Shown in pieces: positions 20,642-30,241 of a stretch of 64,000 bases of DNA. The notes under the pieces were generated by a model. That model worked only from the letters and a program-made list of their open reading frames with translations. It had not been told where the DNA came from and made no database searches. A program made the translations under genes and the position numbers. Within the stretch, counting starts at the first letter, position 1. Each line of letters opens with the position of its first letter. This stretch comes from Deltaproteobacteria bacterium (GTDB lineage Bacteria > Myxococcota_A > Polyangia > Polyangiales > Ga0077539). The DNA is taken from contig CANJUR010000008.1 of assembly GCA_947477565.1 (NCBI GenBank), forward strand, positions 14,265-78,264. Direction: 5' to 3'.

Positions 20642-20953
20642 ATGCGCATCACACTCATCGGCGGGGTTGAACGCAACGAACGCGCGCTCTCGAAGATCGC
20701 CCAGTCCCTGGGTCACGAACTCGACTTCCACGGTGGCCACATGAACGGTCGCGGCGTCGAGGTGATGGAGCGTCAGATCGAGCGCTCGGACCTCGTGCTC
20801 GTAACGACGGACGTCAACAGCCACACCGCCGTGATGGTCGCGCGCAACGCCTCGAAGCGCTTCGGCCGCGAGCTCGTGATGATGCGGTCTTGCAACCCGA
20901 CTCGCTTCCGCGAACTGCTCACCCTGCGCGCACCCATGGCGAAGGCAGCCTGA
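20642..20953 (+). CDS. DUF2325-like small protein
   Basis: MRITLIGGVERNE...LDFHGGHMNGRG...SDLVLVTTDVNSHTAVMVARNASKRFGRELVMMRSCNPTRF matches my recollection of the DUF2325 pattern. GGAG lies 9 nt upstream. Confidence 0.6.
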   Translation: MRITLIGGVERNERALSKIAQSLGHELDFHGGHMNGRGVEVMERQIERSDLVLVTTDVNSHTAVMVARNASKRFGRELVMMRSCNPTRFRELLTLRAPMAKAA

Positions 20954-20972
20954 GTCAGGGAGAGTCTCGGTC

Positions 20973-23693
20973 TCAGGGGGCGGCAGGCCCGAGGTAGAGC
21001 ACCTTCAAGGCCGCGATGTTTACGCGGAGGAAGGCACCACCGGCTCCCCCAGCGCCGCCGGTGTACCGGGTGAAGTGCTCGAAGACGGACATGTTCACCG
21101 CGGCGGCGTCGTCACCGATGATCACCCGGTAGTCGCGACCGGACTCGAGCGTCGCACGCACGAAGGACGAGTCGCGCCACTGGTTCCAGGAGCCGAGCTG
21201 CGGCATCACGACGTAGCCATCGGCCACCGTGCGGCCGCCGGTGACCTCGATCACCTGCACGCGCTTCACGCCGCAAGTAATGCCCGTGCTGGTGCCACCC
21301 GCGCCGTTGGCGGCGGTCACCTGCAGCAGGTACGCGCCGGTCTGCGCCACCCGAAGCGCGGAAACCTCGAGACGGTGACCGGGGTCGCCCCAGTTTTCGT
21401 AGTGCACGCGGCCGTGATCGCTGACGAGCCGACCGCCGGTGGCGACGAAGCGCGTGGCGTCGATCTCCTGCACCCGTGCGGCCGCGACGCCCCACCAGCA
21501 TTGCGGCGAAGCGTGTTGCGAAGCGTTGCCCGATCCGCGAAAAACCGTCTCAAAAGAGTAGCAGTGCGTGACTGTTTGCTCGTCCGTCAACGGATCGATC
21601 CAAGTGTCGCCGTCTGTGGGACCGAGCGTCGCGACGCGCTGGCCGTCACGAAGAACCACAACGTCGAGCGCCGCGCGGTCTTCCCCAGCGACGTCGATGC
21701 GGATCTGCACGCGGCCGCTCGCGACGGCCGTGAGCGCGGCGATGGAGGGCGTGCGCGGGCCGAACACCTGACGCCAGTCGCTGAGGTCGGGAAGGCTGCG
21801 GAGGCTTGCGTGGGCCTCGGGAATATCGCGGAGTTCGACGTCCACGGTCGATCGCTCGGGCAGCGTGGTCGGGTCGATGAAAGCATCGCCGACGTCGCGG
21901 CCGTTCAGGCGCACAAAACCGACAGAGTAGGCGCCCGCGCGATCGGTGCCGGGGGCCGGGAGCGAGACGCGCAGGTCGAGGCGGTGTCCGCGGAAAAGGA
22001 AGCCGCGCAGGATGATCCGGTCGGCGCGGGCGAACCACGCTTGGCGCATCACGCGGGTGATGTACGGCCGGAGGCGAAAGCCCGCGGTGGAGGTCTCCAG
22101 CCCGAAGACCACGTCGTGAACCATCGAGAGGTATCCCGCGACGCTCCAGAGTTGCCGCTGCGAGTTGACCACCGGGCCGCTGTACATCCCGTCCTCGACC
22201 CGCGCGCGGCCGCTGGTGAACTCAAAGTTCTCCATGTTGGAGAGGTTGAGCGCGGCGGCGCGAACCATGGCGTCTACGTTCCAATCAACGCTGGCGTCGT
22301 TGCGCACCTGGCGGGCCGCGCGCAGCCAGTAGGCCGTCACAAAGGGCCACGAGGCGCGGTTGTGATAGATCGCCGTGAACTGCTGCTGCGGCCAGAGCAC
22401 GGGCAGGCCATGGCCCGCGTGGGGGTAGCGCGCGACGACCTCGCGGGCCTGCGCTTCGGTCGCGACGCCGGTCAACACCGCGAGGGCGGAGCCAAGCGCG
22501 TCCCAGCGGCGCACGGGTGACGGGTCGAGTTCGGTGCTGCTAAACGCGCTGAACTGACCATCCGCGGCGAGCCAGAAGCGACGCTGAATCGAGGTCTTCA
22601 ACGCGTCGGCCCACGCCCGGTAGCGAAGCGCGGCGGTGGCGTCCGCGCGCTCAATCGCGAGCGTCGCGAGGGTGTCGAGCATCGCGTAGTGCAGCACGTT
22701 GGTGCTGAGCGAACGCGACATCGCGATGTGCACCGGGTCCGTGGCCGTCCACGCGGCGTAGCTCTGTTCGCGCCAATCGAGGAAGGAGTGCTCGCCGCGG
22801 TAGAGGCCGTCGCGCGCGTCGAAGACCACCCGGCGGTCGTGCTCCGCGGTGTTGAGCATCGCGGGGTATGCGCGATCGAGGAAGACCGCGCGATCGACGC
22901 CGGACAGGTGCTTGAGCAGCTCCGAAGCACCAAGCGACCACACCACACGGTCGCTGGAAACGGGGTAGCTGCCGCCGGTTCCAGTATCCTGAACAATCTG
23001 CACGTCGCCGCCGGTGCGGCGCGCGGAGAGCTTGAAAAGAAGGGAGTTACGGGTGCGCAGTGGGTCCATCGAGGCAAGCGCGAGGTCCGCGGCGTAGGAG
23101 GTGTCGCGGGTCCAGACGTAGTTCCAGAGGCGGCCGGTTTCGAAGCATCCCTCGGCGGGGCAGTCGATGGCGTTGCCGTTGTTGAACGAACCATCGCGGA
23201 TCGCGGCCACGGAGTTCTCGCGCATCTCCTCGACGGCCAACGCATAGAGCGAGTCGAAGAGATCGTGGCCGCTGCGCAGCGTGGGCCATCCATCGCGCTC
23301 GCGCACGGTGCGCGGGTTGCCGGGCTGCCCGTCGCGGAGCGCAGCCGTGGTGCGTAACTGGTATGTGCGCACGCAGGCCGCGGGGTCGTCCATGGTGACG
23401 GTCGCGCGGTCGGCTCCGTCAACGAGTTCGCTGGTCATCCCCGGCCGACTGACGACAGCGCTCTCGCAGGCTGCGGACGGGACATCGCCAGCGGGGACAT
23501 CAAACGAGTGCCCATCGAGCGCGGGCGCGTCGATGGCTCCCGCGTCGATGCTCGAGACGTCGGCGCGCGGCGTGTCGTCCGTCGGGACATTGCCCGCATC
23601 GACCGGGGTCACTGAGCCATCACAACCCACGAAGACGCAGGCGAGCCATGGGAGACAGCGGAAGATCGAATCGACGGAGTCCTTGGAGTGCAC
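20973..23693 (-). CDS. secreted lipoprotein, six-hairpin glycoside-hydrolase-like core with C-terminal carbohydrate-binding-like domain
   Basis: Lipobox LACVFVGC. The NYVWTRDTSYAADLALA segment resembles GH15/GH63-type (alpha/alpha)6 enzymes. The C-terminal 250 aa or so is beta-rich (HYENWGDPGHRLEV...AYLLQVTAANGAG...RDYRVIIGDD), like CBM6/35. The exact GH family is not determined. Confidence 0.6.
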   Translation of the reverse strand: MHSKDSVDSIFRCLPWLACVFVGCDGSVTPVDAGNVPTDDTPRADVSSIDAGAIDAPALDGHSFDVPAGDVPSAACESAVVSRPGMTSELVDGADRATVTMDDPAACVRTYQLRTTAALRDGQPGNPRTVRERDGWPTLRSGHDLFDSLYALAVEEMRENSVAAIRDGSFNNGNAIDCPAEGCFETGRLWNYVWTRDTSYAADLALASMDPLRTRNSLLFKLSARRTGGDVQIVQDTGTGGSYPVSSDRVVWSLGASELLKHLSGVDRAVFLDRAYPAMLNTAEHDRRVVFDARDGLYRGEHSFLDWREQSYAAWTATDPVHIAMSRSLSTNVLHYAMLDTLATLAIERADATAALRYRAWADALKTSIQRRFWLAADGQFSAFSSTELDPSPVRRWDALGSALAVLTGVATEAQAREVVARYPHAGHGLPVLWPQQQFTAIYHNRASWPFVTAYWLRAARQVRNDASVDWNVDAMVRAAALNLSNMENFEFTSGRARVEDGMYSGPVVNSQRQLWSVAGYLSMVHDVVFGLETSTAGFRLRPYITRVMRQAWFARADRIILRGFLFRGHRLDLRVSLPAPGTDRAGAYSVGFVRLNGRDVGDAFIDPTTLPERSTVDVELRDIPEAHASLRSLPDLSDWRQVFGPRTPSIAALTAVASGRVQIRIDVAGEDRAALDVVVLRDGQRVATLGPTDGDTWIDPLTDEQTVTHCYSFETVFRGSGNASQHASPQCWWGVAAARVQEIDATRFVATGGRLVSDHGRVHYENWGDPGHRLEVSALRVAQTGAYLLQVTAANGAGGTSTGITCGVKRVQVIEVTGGRTVADGYVVMPQLGSWNQWRDSSFVRATLESGRDYRVIIGDDAAAVNMSVFEHFTRYTGGAGGAGGAFLRVNIAALKVLYLGPAAP

Positions 23694-23744
23694 GGGGCGG
23701 ATTGTTCCTGCTGACGAGACCTGCGGGCAAGGGCCGCGGTGTGC

Positions 23745-24425
23745 TCAGAGGTTGGGAATCTGCCAGTCGATGGAGGTCTCGCCAAACTGCGCGAGCGCGG
23801 CGTTGACCCTGGAAAACGGCTTGGAGCCCGTGAAGAGCTTTAGCGACAATGGCGACGGGTGCGCGCACTCGATGACGATGTGGCGATTCGTATCGACCAG
23901 TTTCGCCTTCTTCTTCGCGTAGTTGCCCAAGAGCAGAAACACCGCAGGCTTCGCACGGGCCGAGATGGCCTTGATGGCCGCGTCGGTAAACTGCTCCCAG
24001 CCGTGATCCTTGTGGGAGTTGGGGGTGTGCGCGCGCACGGTCATCACGGCGTTGAGCATCAGGATTCCCTGCTTGGCCCACGGCACGAGATATCCGTTGT
24101 TCGGGATGCTGCACCCGAGGTCGGACCTCAACTCTTTGTACATATTGAGCAGCGAAGGAGGGGTCGCTACACCGGGCTTCACCGAGAAGCACAGCCCGTG
24201 CGCCTGGCCGACGTCGTGATAGGGATCCTGTCCAATGATCACGATCTTCGTGTCATTGAACGGCGAGTGAGCAAACGCCGAGAACACCTCGGATTCCGGT
24301 GGAAACACCTGCCCGGACCGTCTCTCCTGCGCGATGAAGTCCATCAAGGTATTGAAGTGGTCTTTGGCGAACTCCGCACCGAGCGCGATCCGCCAGTCAC
24401 TGGGAAGCTCGGGATGATCACTCAT
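23745..24425 (-). CDS. ung: uracil-DNA glycosylase, family 1
   Basis: Motifs GQDPYH, HGLCFSV and AHPSPLS, with the typical 226-aa length. Confidence 0.95.
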   Translation of the reverse strand: MSDHPELPSDWRIALGAEFAKDHFNTLMDFIAQERRSGQVFPPESEVFSAFAHSPFNDTKIVIIGQDPYHDVGQAHGLCFSVKPGVATPPSLLNMYKELRSDLGCSIPNNGYLVPWAKQGILMLNAVMTVRAHTPNSHKDHGWEQFTDAAIKAISARAKPAVFLLLGNYAKKKAKLVDTNRHIVIECAHPSPLSLKLFTGSKPFSRVNAALAQFGETSIDWQIPNL

Positions 24426-24458
24426 TGGGAGGTATTCAATGCTTCACTGGGACTGCGG

Positions 24459-24875
24459 TCAGACTGCCGCCGCGATGGAGCGCGCAAGCTCCGCCGCGTC
24501 GGCGTGGTCGAACGCGCCCAGCGGCTGCCAGCGCACCCCGAGGCCCTGGCCCGTATCCGGGCGCGGGATGATGTGAAAATGAACATGAAAGACAGCCTGG
24601 TGTGCGAGGGAGCCGTTGTTCTGGAGGACGTTGTAGTCCGCGCAGCCAGTCACCTTCTTCACCGCGCGGCAAAGCCGCGGGAGCACCCGGCCGATCGCGG
24701 CGGCGGACTCATCGGAGAGCGCATCAAGGGTCTCCGCGGCCTCCCTGGGAATCACCAGCGTGTGCCCGCGACTCAATGGTCCGACGTCTAGAAACGCCAG
24801 TACAAGGTCGTCTTCGTACACCTTGTGACAAGGGATCTCACCCCGGAGAATCTTACCGAATATGGTGTTTGCCAT
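24459..24875 (-). CDS. HIT family protein (Hint-like nucleotide hydrolase)
   Basis: MANTIFGKILRGEIP...HTLVIPR...HVHFHIIP carries the histidine triad HxHxHxx. Confidence 0.9.
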   Translation of the reverse strand: MANTIFGKILRGEIPCHKVYEDDLVLAFLDVGPLSRGHTLVIPREAAETLDALSDESAAAIGRVLPRLCRAVKKVTGCADYNVLQNNGSLAHQAVFHVHFHIIPRPDTGQGLGVRWQPLGAFDHADAAELARSIAAAV

Positions 24876-25076
24876 GGTGTTGTCGCGCAGCAGCGTACAC
24901 CAACCCCACGCAGTGCGACGGCGGACGAAACGGCCCCGCCGCTGGTCACTCGACCCCCACCCGGCCTGCGATGGAATGGTCTCTGGAAGGCATTGCCGGA
25001 TGCGCCCTGGCCCGGTGTAGAGTCGTTCGTTGCCGTGGCTGTCCGCGTGAGTGGACCATGCGGCCGGAGGTCCATC

Positions 25077-26924
25077 ATGCGTTCAAGAGTCCTCATCTTC
25101 GCGTTGGCGCTGTCACTCCCGGTCGCGGGATGTTCGAGCGGAGACTCCAACGCGATCAGCCCTGATCCGAACAACCGCGGTGACACCGGCCCGAGCGGCA
25201 ATAAAGGCGACGCTGCGCGGAGCGACGGCGCGCTCTCGCCGGACGGCTGGAGCGACTTCGACGCAGGCCCGGTCACGACCACCGACGCGGGGCGGCCGAC
25301 CTTTGACGGCTTCGACTTCGATGGACTCGACCTCGATGGGTTCTCCTTCGACGGCGGACCCACGGGACCGACGCCCGAACACCCGGACGTTTGCGGCAAC
25401 GGTCTCGACGACGACGGCAACGGCCTCGCCGATGACAACTGCAACTGCGTCGCAGGACGCTCGCAGAGATGCTTCCTCGGCGCGCTGGCGAGCGCAGGCC
25501 GCGGGGTGTGCCTGTGGGGTACGCAGACCTGCGAGGGAATCCAGACCGACGGCACGTGGGGGGCGTGCACGGGTTCGGGATCCGCGGCGCCAACGGAGGC
25601 GTGCGACGGACTGGACAACACCTGCGACGGCAACATTGACGAGACGTGCCCGTGCACGCCCGGCGCGTCGCGGCCCTGCTATTCGGGTCCGGGCGCTACT
25701 GCAGGGCGTGGGGCCTGTCGCGGTGGCAGCCAGGTCTGCTCGACCGCGGGACGCTGGGGCACCTGCAGCGGCGAGGTCACCCCAACTGCGGAGACCTGTG
25801 ACGGCATGGACCGCAACTGCGATGGCAGCACCACGGACCGCTGCGTGTGCCCGCTGGGGATGTCTCGCACGTGCAGCGCCGGGGCGAGCGCCTCCCTCGG
25901 CCTTGGCATCTGTCGCCCAGGCCAGCAGAGGTGCGCGGCCGTGGCGAGCGGCGGCACCGACTGGGGCGCCTGCGTGGGCGAGGTATTTCCCACGGCGGAG
26001 GTCTGCGACAACACCATCGACGACGATTGCAACGGCCTCGCAGACTGCCTCGATCAGGGCTGCCGCTTCACCGCCGAATGCCTGCCCCGCTGCACCCGCG
26101 GAACCATCGAAAACCTCCTCCCGGACGTCGCGGAGATCACGCTGGTCGCCGATCGCTCGGGGAGCATGGAGGCCCGCTTCAGCGACGGCGCCACGCGCTG
26201 GGGAGCGCTGCGCTCAGCGGTCAACATCGTGCTCCCGCGGGTCGAGGACGCCTTCGATGTCGGCTTGCAGCTATTCCCGATCGGCGGCGCGTGCAGCGTA
26301 CCGCCCACCGGCATGACCTTTCCGCCAAGCCGCGGAACCGCCCGGTTCATCTCCGACCTGATGCAGCGCATCGGACCCGACGGCAACACGCCCACCCGCG
26401 CTGCGATCGAGGGCGTGGCCGGGTACTTCCGCGCGCACCCAACCGCCCGACGCCGCTTCGTGCTGCTCGCGACGGACGGCGCGCCCAACTGCGGTTCGCC
26501 CGTCGGCGAGGTCGTCACCGCGCTCACCGCGCTCCGTGCCACCGGGGTCGATACATTCGTGCTCGGCGTGCCTGGTCCGCGGGATGCGCTCGACGCGATG
26601 GCCCGCGCCGGCGGCCGCCCCCTGCCAGGCAGCACGGCGTTCTACGACGCCTCGACCACACGGCAACTCATCGATGCCATGAACGCCATCACCGGCGCGA
26701 CCAACTCCTGCGAGTACCCGCTTCCGTCGGGCCTGCCGGCCATCACCGACCTCGCGCAATTCCGCGTGCTGCTCGGCGGCGTGGTCGTTCCTGCGGATGC
26801 CGCCAACGGCTGGAGCTTCACCGACGGCACCCGCAGCCGCCTACGCTTCAACGGCACTTCCTGCGCCAGACTGCGCACCGGAACCGTCGTCGCCGCGGTC
26901 GTCACGTACAACTGCCCTCCGTGA
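25077..26924 (+). CDS. lipoprotein with N-terminal Cys-rich 'CDGxDxxCDG' (MopE-like putative metal-binding) repeats and C-terminal von Willebrand factor A domain
   Basis: ATG 25077 is preceded by GGAGG. Lipobox LSLPVAGC. There are about four repeats of E(A/T/V)CDGxDNxCDG...C...G.C..G.Q.C. The vWA MIDAS-like start is LVADRSGSM and ...LLATDGAPNC lies downstream. Confidence 0.8.
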   Translation: MRSRVLIFALALSLPVAGCSSGDSNAISPDPNNRGDTGPSGNKGDAARSDGALSPDGWSDFDAGPVTTTDAGRPTFDGFDFDGLDLDGFSFDGGPTGPTPEHPDVCGNGLDDDGNGLADDNCNCVAGRSQRCFLGALASAGRGVCLWGTQTCEGIQTDGTWGACTGSGSAAPTEACDGLDNTCDGNIDETCPCTPGASRPCYSGPGATAGRGACRGGSQVCSTAGRWGTCSGEVTPTAETCDGMDRNCDGSTTDRCVCPLGMSRTCSAGASASLGLGICRPGQQRCAAVASGGTDWGACVGEVFPTAEVCDNTIDDDCNGLADCLDQGCRFTAECLPRCTRGTIENLLPDVAEITLVADRSGSMEARFSDGATRWGALRSAVNIVLPRVEDAFDVGLQLFPIGGACSVPPTGMTFPPSRGTARFISDLMQRIGPDGNTPTRAAIEGVAGYFRAHPTARRRFVLLATDGAPNCGSPVGEVVTALTALRATGVDTFVLGVPGPRDALDAMARAGGRPLPGSTAFYDASTTRQLIDAMNAITGATNSCEYPLPSGLPAITDLAQFRVLLGGVVVPADAANGWSFTDGTRSRLRFNGTSCARLRTGTVVAAVVTYNCPP

Positions 26925-27183
26925 CTCCCGCACGGCCGCTCCCCGCATCGACGCCACGTCGAAGCAGCGGGAGCGCCGACGGTTTCTTCCCTGTACCCGT
27001 AACCCCTCATCCGAAGAACGCGCGCCCTCTCCTCGAGGGAGACCTCGACGCCGCTGCTCGACCACTCCTGCGGAAACGATCTCAACCATCAGGCGTAATA
27101 CGCGCTGGGAGGGAGTGGGCGAGCGTTCCGGGCGGGAGTGGTGACGGCTGACCCGAGCGCGCAGGGACCGAGGCGAAACCGCT

Positions 27184-28170
27184 CTAAAACTCCATGAAGA
27201 GGTCGCTCGCGTGGGCGACGGTGAGCGCGCGGTCAGCCCAGCGCTCGATCTCCGCGGTGTCGGTCGCTGCGAGAATGCGCGCCTCGTCGTTGTCGGTGAC
27301 CGCTACGCCGCGTAGCCGAAGCACCCGCAGCAGCAACCTGGCCTCGCCCGCGACCTTACCGCGGGCTTCACCGCGGGCTTCACCGCGGGCTTCACCGAGA
27401 GCTTCACCGAGAGCTTTACCGCGGGCGTCGATCTCGGCCACCCAGCGTTCGAGAGCGGGGTTCTTCGGCAACTGGTCGATGTCGATCATGACGGCGCTCC
27501 TCAGCTTATGGACGATGGTCGGGTGCAGAACCGACAAGATGCTCCACCGGGTTTGAACTCGCAACGCGGCATCCGCGATGTCTTCAGCACGCTCAAAAGC
27601 TCTCCGCGCCAGCGCCAGCGCGCTCGATCCGTAGCGGCCTTGCAGCACCCACGCAGCGAACACCGCCAACTCCGGGGCGCCCTCGCGCAACACCACTTCG
27701 GCCTCCGCCACGCCGAGCAGCAGCACCGTCGGCGTCACGCCCCAGCGGGTCTCGCCCCTTTCGTGCCTGGCGACGCGCTTCGCCCATCGCGCGACGGCCG
27801 ACGACGCCGTGATCACCACCAGCTCACCCCGCGGGCCATGGCGATCAGCCATCGCCGCCATCGCCATCGGCCAGCGGCGCGCCTTGGCCTCATCGGGCCG
27901 ACGCTGCACCTCGACCAGCACCCACTCCGACGTCTCCAGGTCGCGCAGCACCAGATCCGGCGACACCTCGATGGGGACGATCACGCGCAGGGCGGAGTCC
28001 TCGACGGTGAGCATCGGCGGACACGGCGGGTGGCCCGTCAGCACCAGGAGCGAACTCAGCCGCGACGGATCATCGCGCAGCCAGAGAAGCACCGACTCGT
28101 GGACGGTGGAGGTCGTCATCGATGGCCGACTGAGCAGACCCTGGGCCATGCGAAATCGACGAGAAAACAA
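27184..28170 (-). CDS. Rpn/YhgA-like PD-(D/E)xK nuclease family protein with DUF4351-like C-terminus
   Basis: N-terminal HESVLLWL, SPDLVLRD...WVLVEVQRRPD (a D...E-x-Q nuclease-type motif), and a C-terminal ...LLLRVLRLRGVAVTDNDEARILAATDTAEIERWADRAL. The true start is probably an internal ATG (28119 MTTSTVHE or 28149 MAQGLL). Confidence 0.65.
   Translation of the reverse strand: MFSRRFRMAQGLLSRPSMTTSTVHESVLLWLRDDPSRLSSLLVLTGHPPCPPMLTVEDSALRVIVPIEVSPDLVLRDLETSEWVLVEVQRRPDEAKARRWPMAMAAMADRHGPRGELVVITASSAVARWAKRVARHERGETRWGVTPTVLLLGVAEAEVVLREGAPELAVFAAWVLQGRYGSSALALARRAFERAEDIADAALRVQTRWSILSVLHPTIVHKLRSAVMIDIDQLPKNPALERWVAEIDARGKALGEALGEARGEARGEARGKVAGEARLLLRVLRLRGVAVTDNDEARILAATDTAEIERWADRALTVAHASDLFMEF
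27358..27429. repeat. 12-bp tandem repeat, six units, in-frame inside the Rpn-like gene
   Basis: The units are accgcgggcttc x3, accgagagcttc, accgagagcttt and accgcgggcgtc. They encode G-E-A-(R/L) tetrapeptide repeats (GEALGEARGEARGEARGKVAGEAR region). Confidence 0.9.
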
Positions 28171-28321
28171 GAGTATGCGGGGTGGCGGAGGAGTGGCGGC
28201 GGGGTGGCGGTGGAGGCTGCTGTGCGTTCGCGAGGAAGAGTTCCGCGCGCAACGCCCGACGGGGAAGAAACTGCATCTTCAGCGCCTCGACGGCGCGACA
28301 CCGCCGCGCTAGACAGCCGCT

Positions 28322-29200
28322 ATGACGCGAGCAGACCTCACGGGAAAGACAGCGCTGGTCACCGGCGCAAACCAGGGCATCGGCAAGGTGTCGGCGCTCG
28401 AACTGGCCAGGATGGGCGCAGCGGTGACCATGGTCTGCCGCAGCGAAGAAAAAGGCCGGGCGGCCCGCGAAGAGATCGTCGCGCAGGTGAAGGATGCCGC
28501 GGTCGAACTGATCGTCGGGGATGTCTCGTCCCTCGCCTCGTTGCGCGACGTTGCGCAGCGGTTTCTCGACGGGCACGAACGTCTCGACATCCTGCTCAAC
28601 AACGCTGGCGTGCTGGCAACGTCGCGGCGCGAGAGCAAAGACGGCTTCGAACACACCTTCGCCACCAACCACCTCGGGTATTTCTATCTGACGCACCTCC
28701 TGCGGACGACGATCGAGAAGACCCCCGGCGCGCGCGTCGTGAGCGTCTCCTCGGAGGCCCACCGGAGCGGGAAGATCGACTTCGATGACCTCCAGGGGCG
28801 CAAGCGCTGGAGCGCCATCGGCTCGTACTCGGCCTCGAAGCTCGCCAACGTGCTCTTCACCCGCGAACTCGCGCGGCAGTGGGCAGGCACCGGAGTCACC
28901 GCCAACTGTCTGCACCCAGGGGTGATCGCGTCGGGGTTCGCGAGCACGGACGGTGGATTCGCGGCGCTGCTCGCACGAATCGCACGGCCGTTTCTCGCGA
29001 CAACCGAGGACGGCGCGAAGACACAGATCTATCTGTGCAGCTCGCCCGACGTAGCGAAGATCTCCGGGAAGTACTTCGATAAGAGCAAGGAGCGCCAGCC
29101 ATCGCGCGCAGCGCAAGACGACGCCGTCGCGCGCGATCTATGGACGGTTTCCGAAGAGCTTTGCGGGCTCAAGGGCGGCGTCTCGACGATGGACGCCTGA
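28322..29200 (+). CDS. short-chain dehydrogenase/reductase (retinol-dehydrogenase-like SDR)
   Basis: TGANQGIGK (TGxxxGxG), NNAG, and YSASK (YxxxK). Confidence 0.88.
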   Translation: MTRADLTGKTALVTGANQGIGKVSALELARMGAAVTMVCRSEEKGRAAREEIVAQVKDAAVELIVGDVSSLASLRDVAQRFLDGHERLDILLNNAGVLATSRRESKDGFEHTFATNHLGYFYLTHLLRTTIEKTPGARVVSVSSEAHRSGKIDFDDLQGRKRWSAIGSYSASKLANVLFTRELARQWAGTGVTANCLHPGVIASGFASTDGGFAALLARIARPFLATTEDGAKTQIYLCSSPDVAKISGKYFDKSKERQPSRAAQDDAVARDLWTVSEELCGLKGGVSTMDA

Positions 29201-29212
29201 CGACGCAACGGG

Positions 29213-30094
29213 TCAGCGAGCGCCGGTGACCAGCGCGACTTCTCGTGCCTCGCCGGCGCGGATGATCCGCAGAGAGATCGTCGCTCGTACGCGACCGCGG
29301 AGCACGGCCACGAGGTCGCCCGGACGCTCGACGCGCTGACCATCCACCGCCAGGAGCAGATCGCCGAGCAGCAGGCCGCCAGACTCCGCGGGCCCCTGTG
29401 GTTCGAGCGCGGCGACGAGCAACCCGCGTCGCTGCCCCGCGGCCTCGACCAGAGACTCCGCGACCCGCCCAGGAACAACCTCCACGCCCAGATATCCGCG
29501 GCCCACCGTGCCGTTGGCCGCAAGCTCCGAAACCATCCGGCGAAGCGTCTCGGTCGGGATGGTTCCGCCCCCGCGACCGAGGCCCGCGGTGTTCATCCCG
29601 AGCAGCCGACCGGCCGTGTCCGCGAGCGCCCCTCCCGAAAACCCGCGCGGGAGCGAGCCATCGACCTCGATGTATCGATCGATGGTTCCGCCCGCCATGG
29701 TGCGGTAGGCCTCACCGACCGCCGAGACCATCCCCAGCGTCGCCCGCGCGCTGCGCCCCGGTCGCCCCAGGGTCAGCACCAGATGGCCCACCTTCACCGC
29801 CCCGGTGTCCGTCCATTCGGACGCCACGAGGTCGGTCGCTTCGACCTTGAGCACCGCGAGATCGGTGCCACGGTCGTGCCCGAGCACCTTCGCCTCCAGC
29901 GTCCGGCCGTCACCGAACGCCACCGTCACGCTCTCCCTCCCATCCAGGGCGTGCGCCGCCGTGACCAGCAGCCCGTCCCCCCCGAAGACCACCGCGCTCG
30001 CGGCGGAGCAGCGGCCCTCGATGCGCGCCACCCCAGCGCCGCCGCGCGCCACCGCCTCAGCCATCGACTCGGACACCTGTTCAAGAACACTCAT
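29213..30094 (-). CDS. S1C (HtrA/DegP-like) serine protease with PDZ-like domain, no obvious signal peptide
   Basis: The catalytic triad context is TAAHAL, DLAVLKV and GFSGGAL. The C-terminal part GLLVAALEPQGPAESGGLLLGDLLLAVDGQRV is PDZ-like. Confidence 0.8.
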   Translation of the reverse strand: MSVLEQVSESMAEAVARGGAGVARIEGRCSAASAVVFGGDGLLVTAAHALDGRESVTVAFGDGRTLEAKVLGHDRGTDLAVLKVEATDLVASEWTDTGAVKVGHLVLTLGRPGRSARATLGMVSAVGEAYRTMAGGTIDRYIEVDGSLPRGFSGGALADTAGRLLGMNTAGLGRGGGTIPTETLRRMVSELAANGTVGRGYLGVEVVPGRVAESLVEAAGQRRGLLVAALEPQGPAESGGLLLGDLLLAVDGQRVERPGDLVAVLRGRVRATISLRIIRAGEAREVALVTGAR

Positions 30095-30241
30095 CGTGGT
30101 TGCTTCTTTCTTCTGCGATCCGTCGCGCCTGTGGGGCGACGCCGTTCACAGGAGCCCATCGTGACGATCGCTCGGCGTCCCCACCATCGCCCGATGGTCG
30201 AGCGTCCGCACTGGACCAACGGGTAGGGTCCGACCTCCCCG

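Noticed and set aside
27184-28170. Calling the Rpn/YhgA-like gene a mobile element
   Set aside because: I found no terminal inverted repeats, target-site duplication or companion transposition genes. The flanking genes look like ordinary chromosomal genes.
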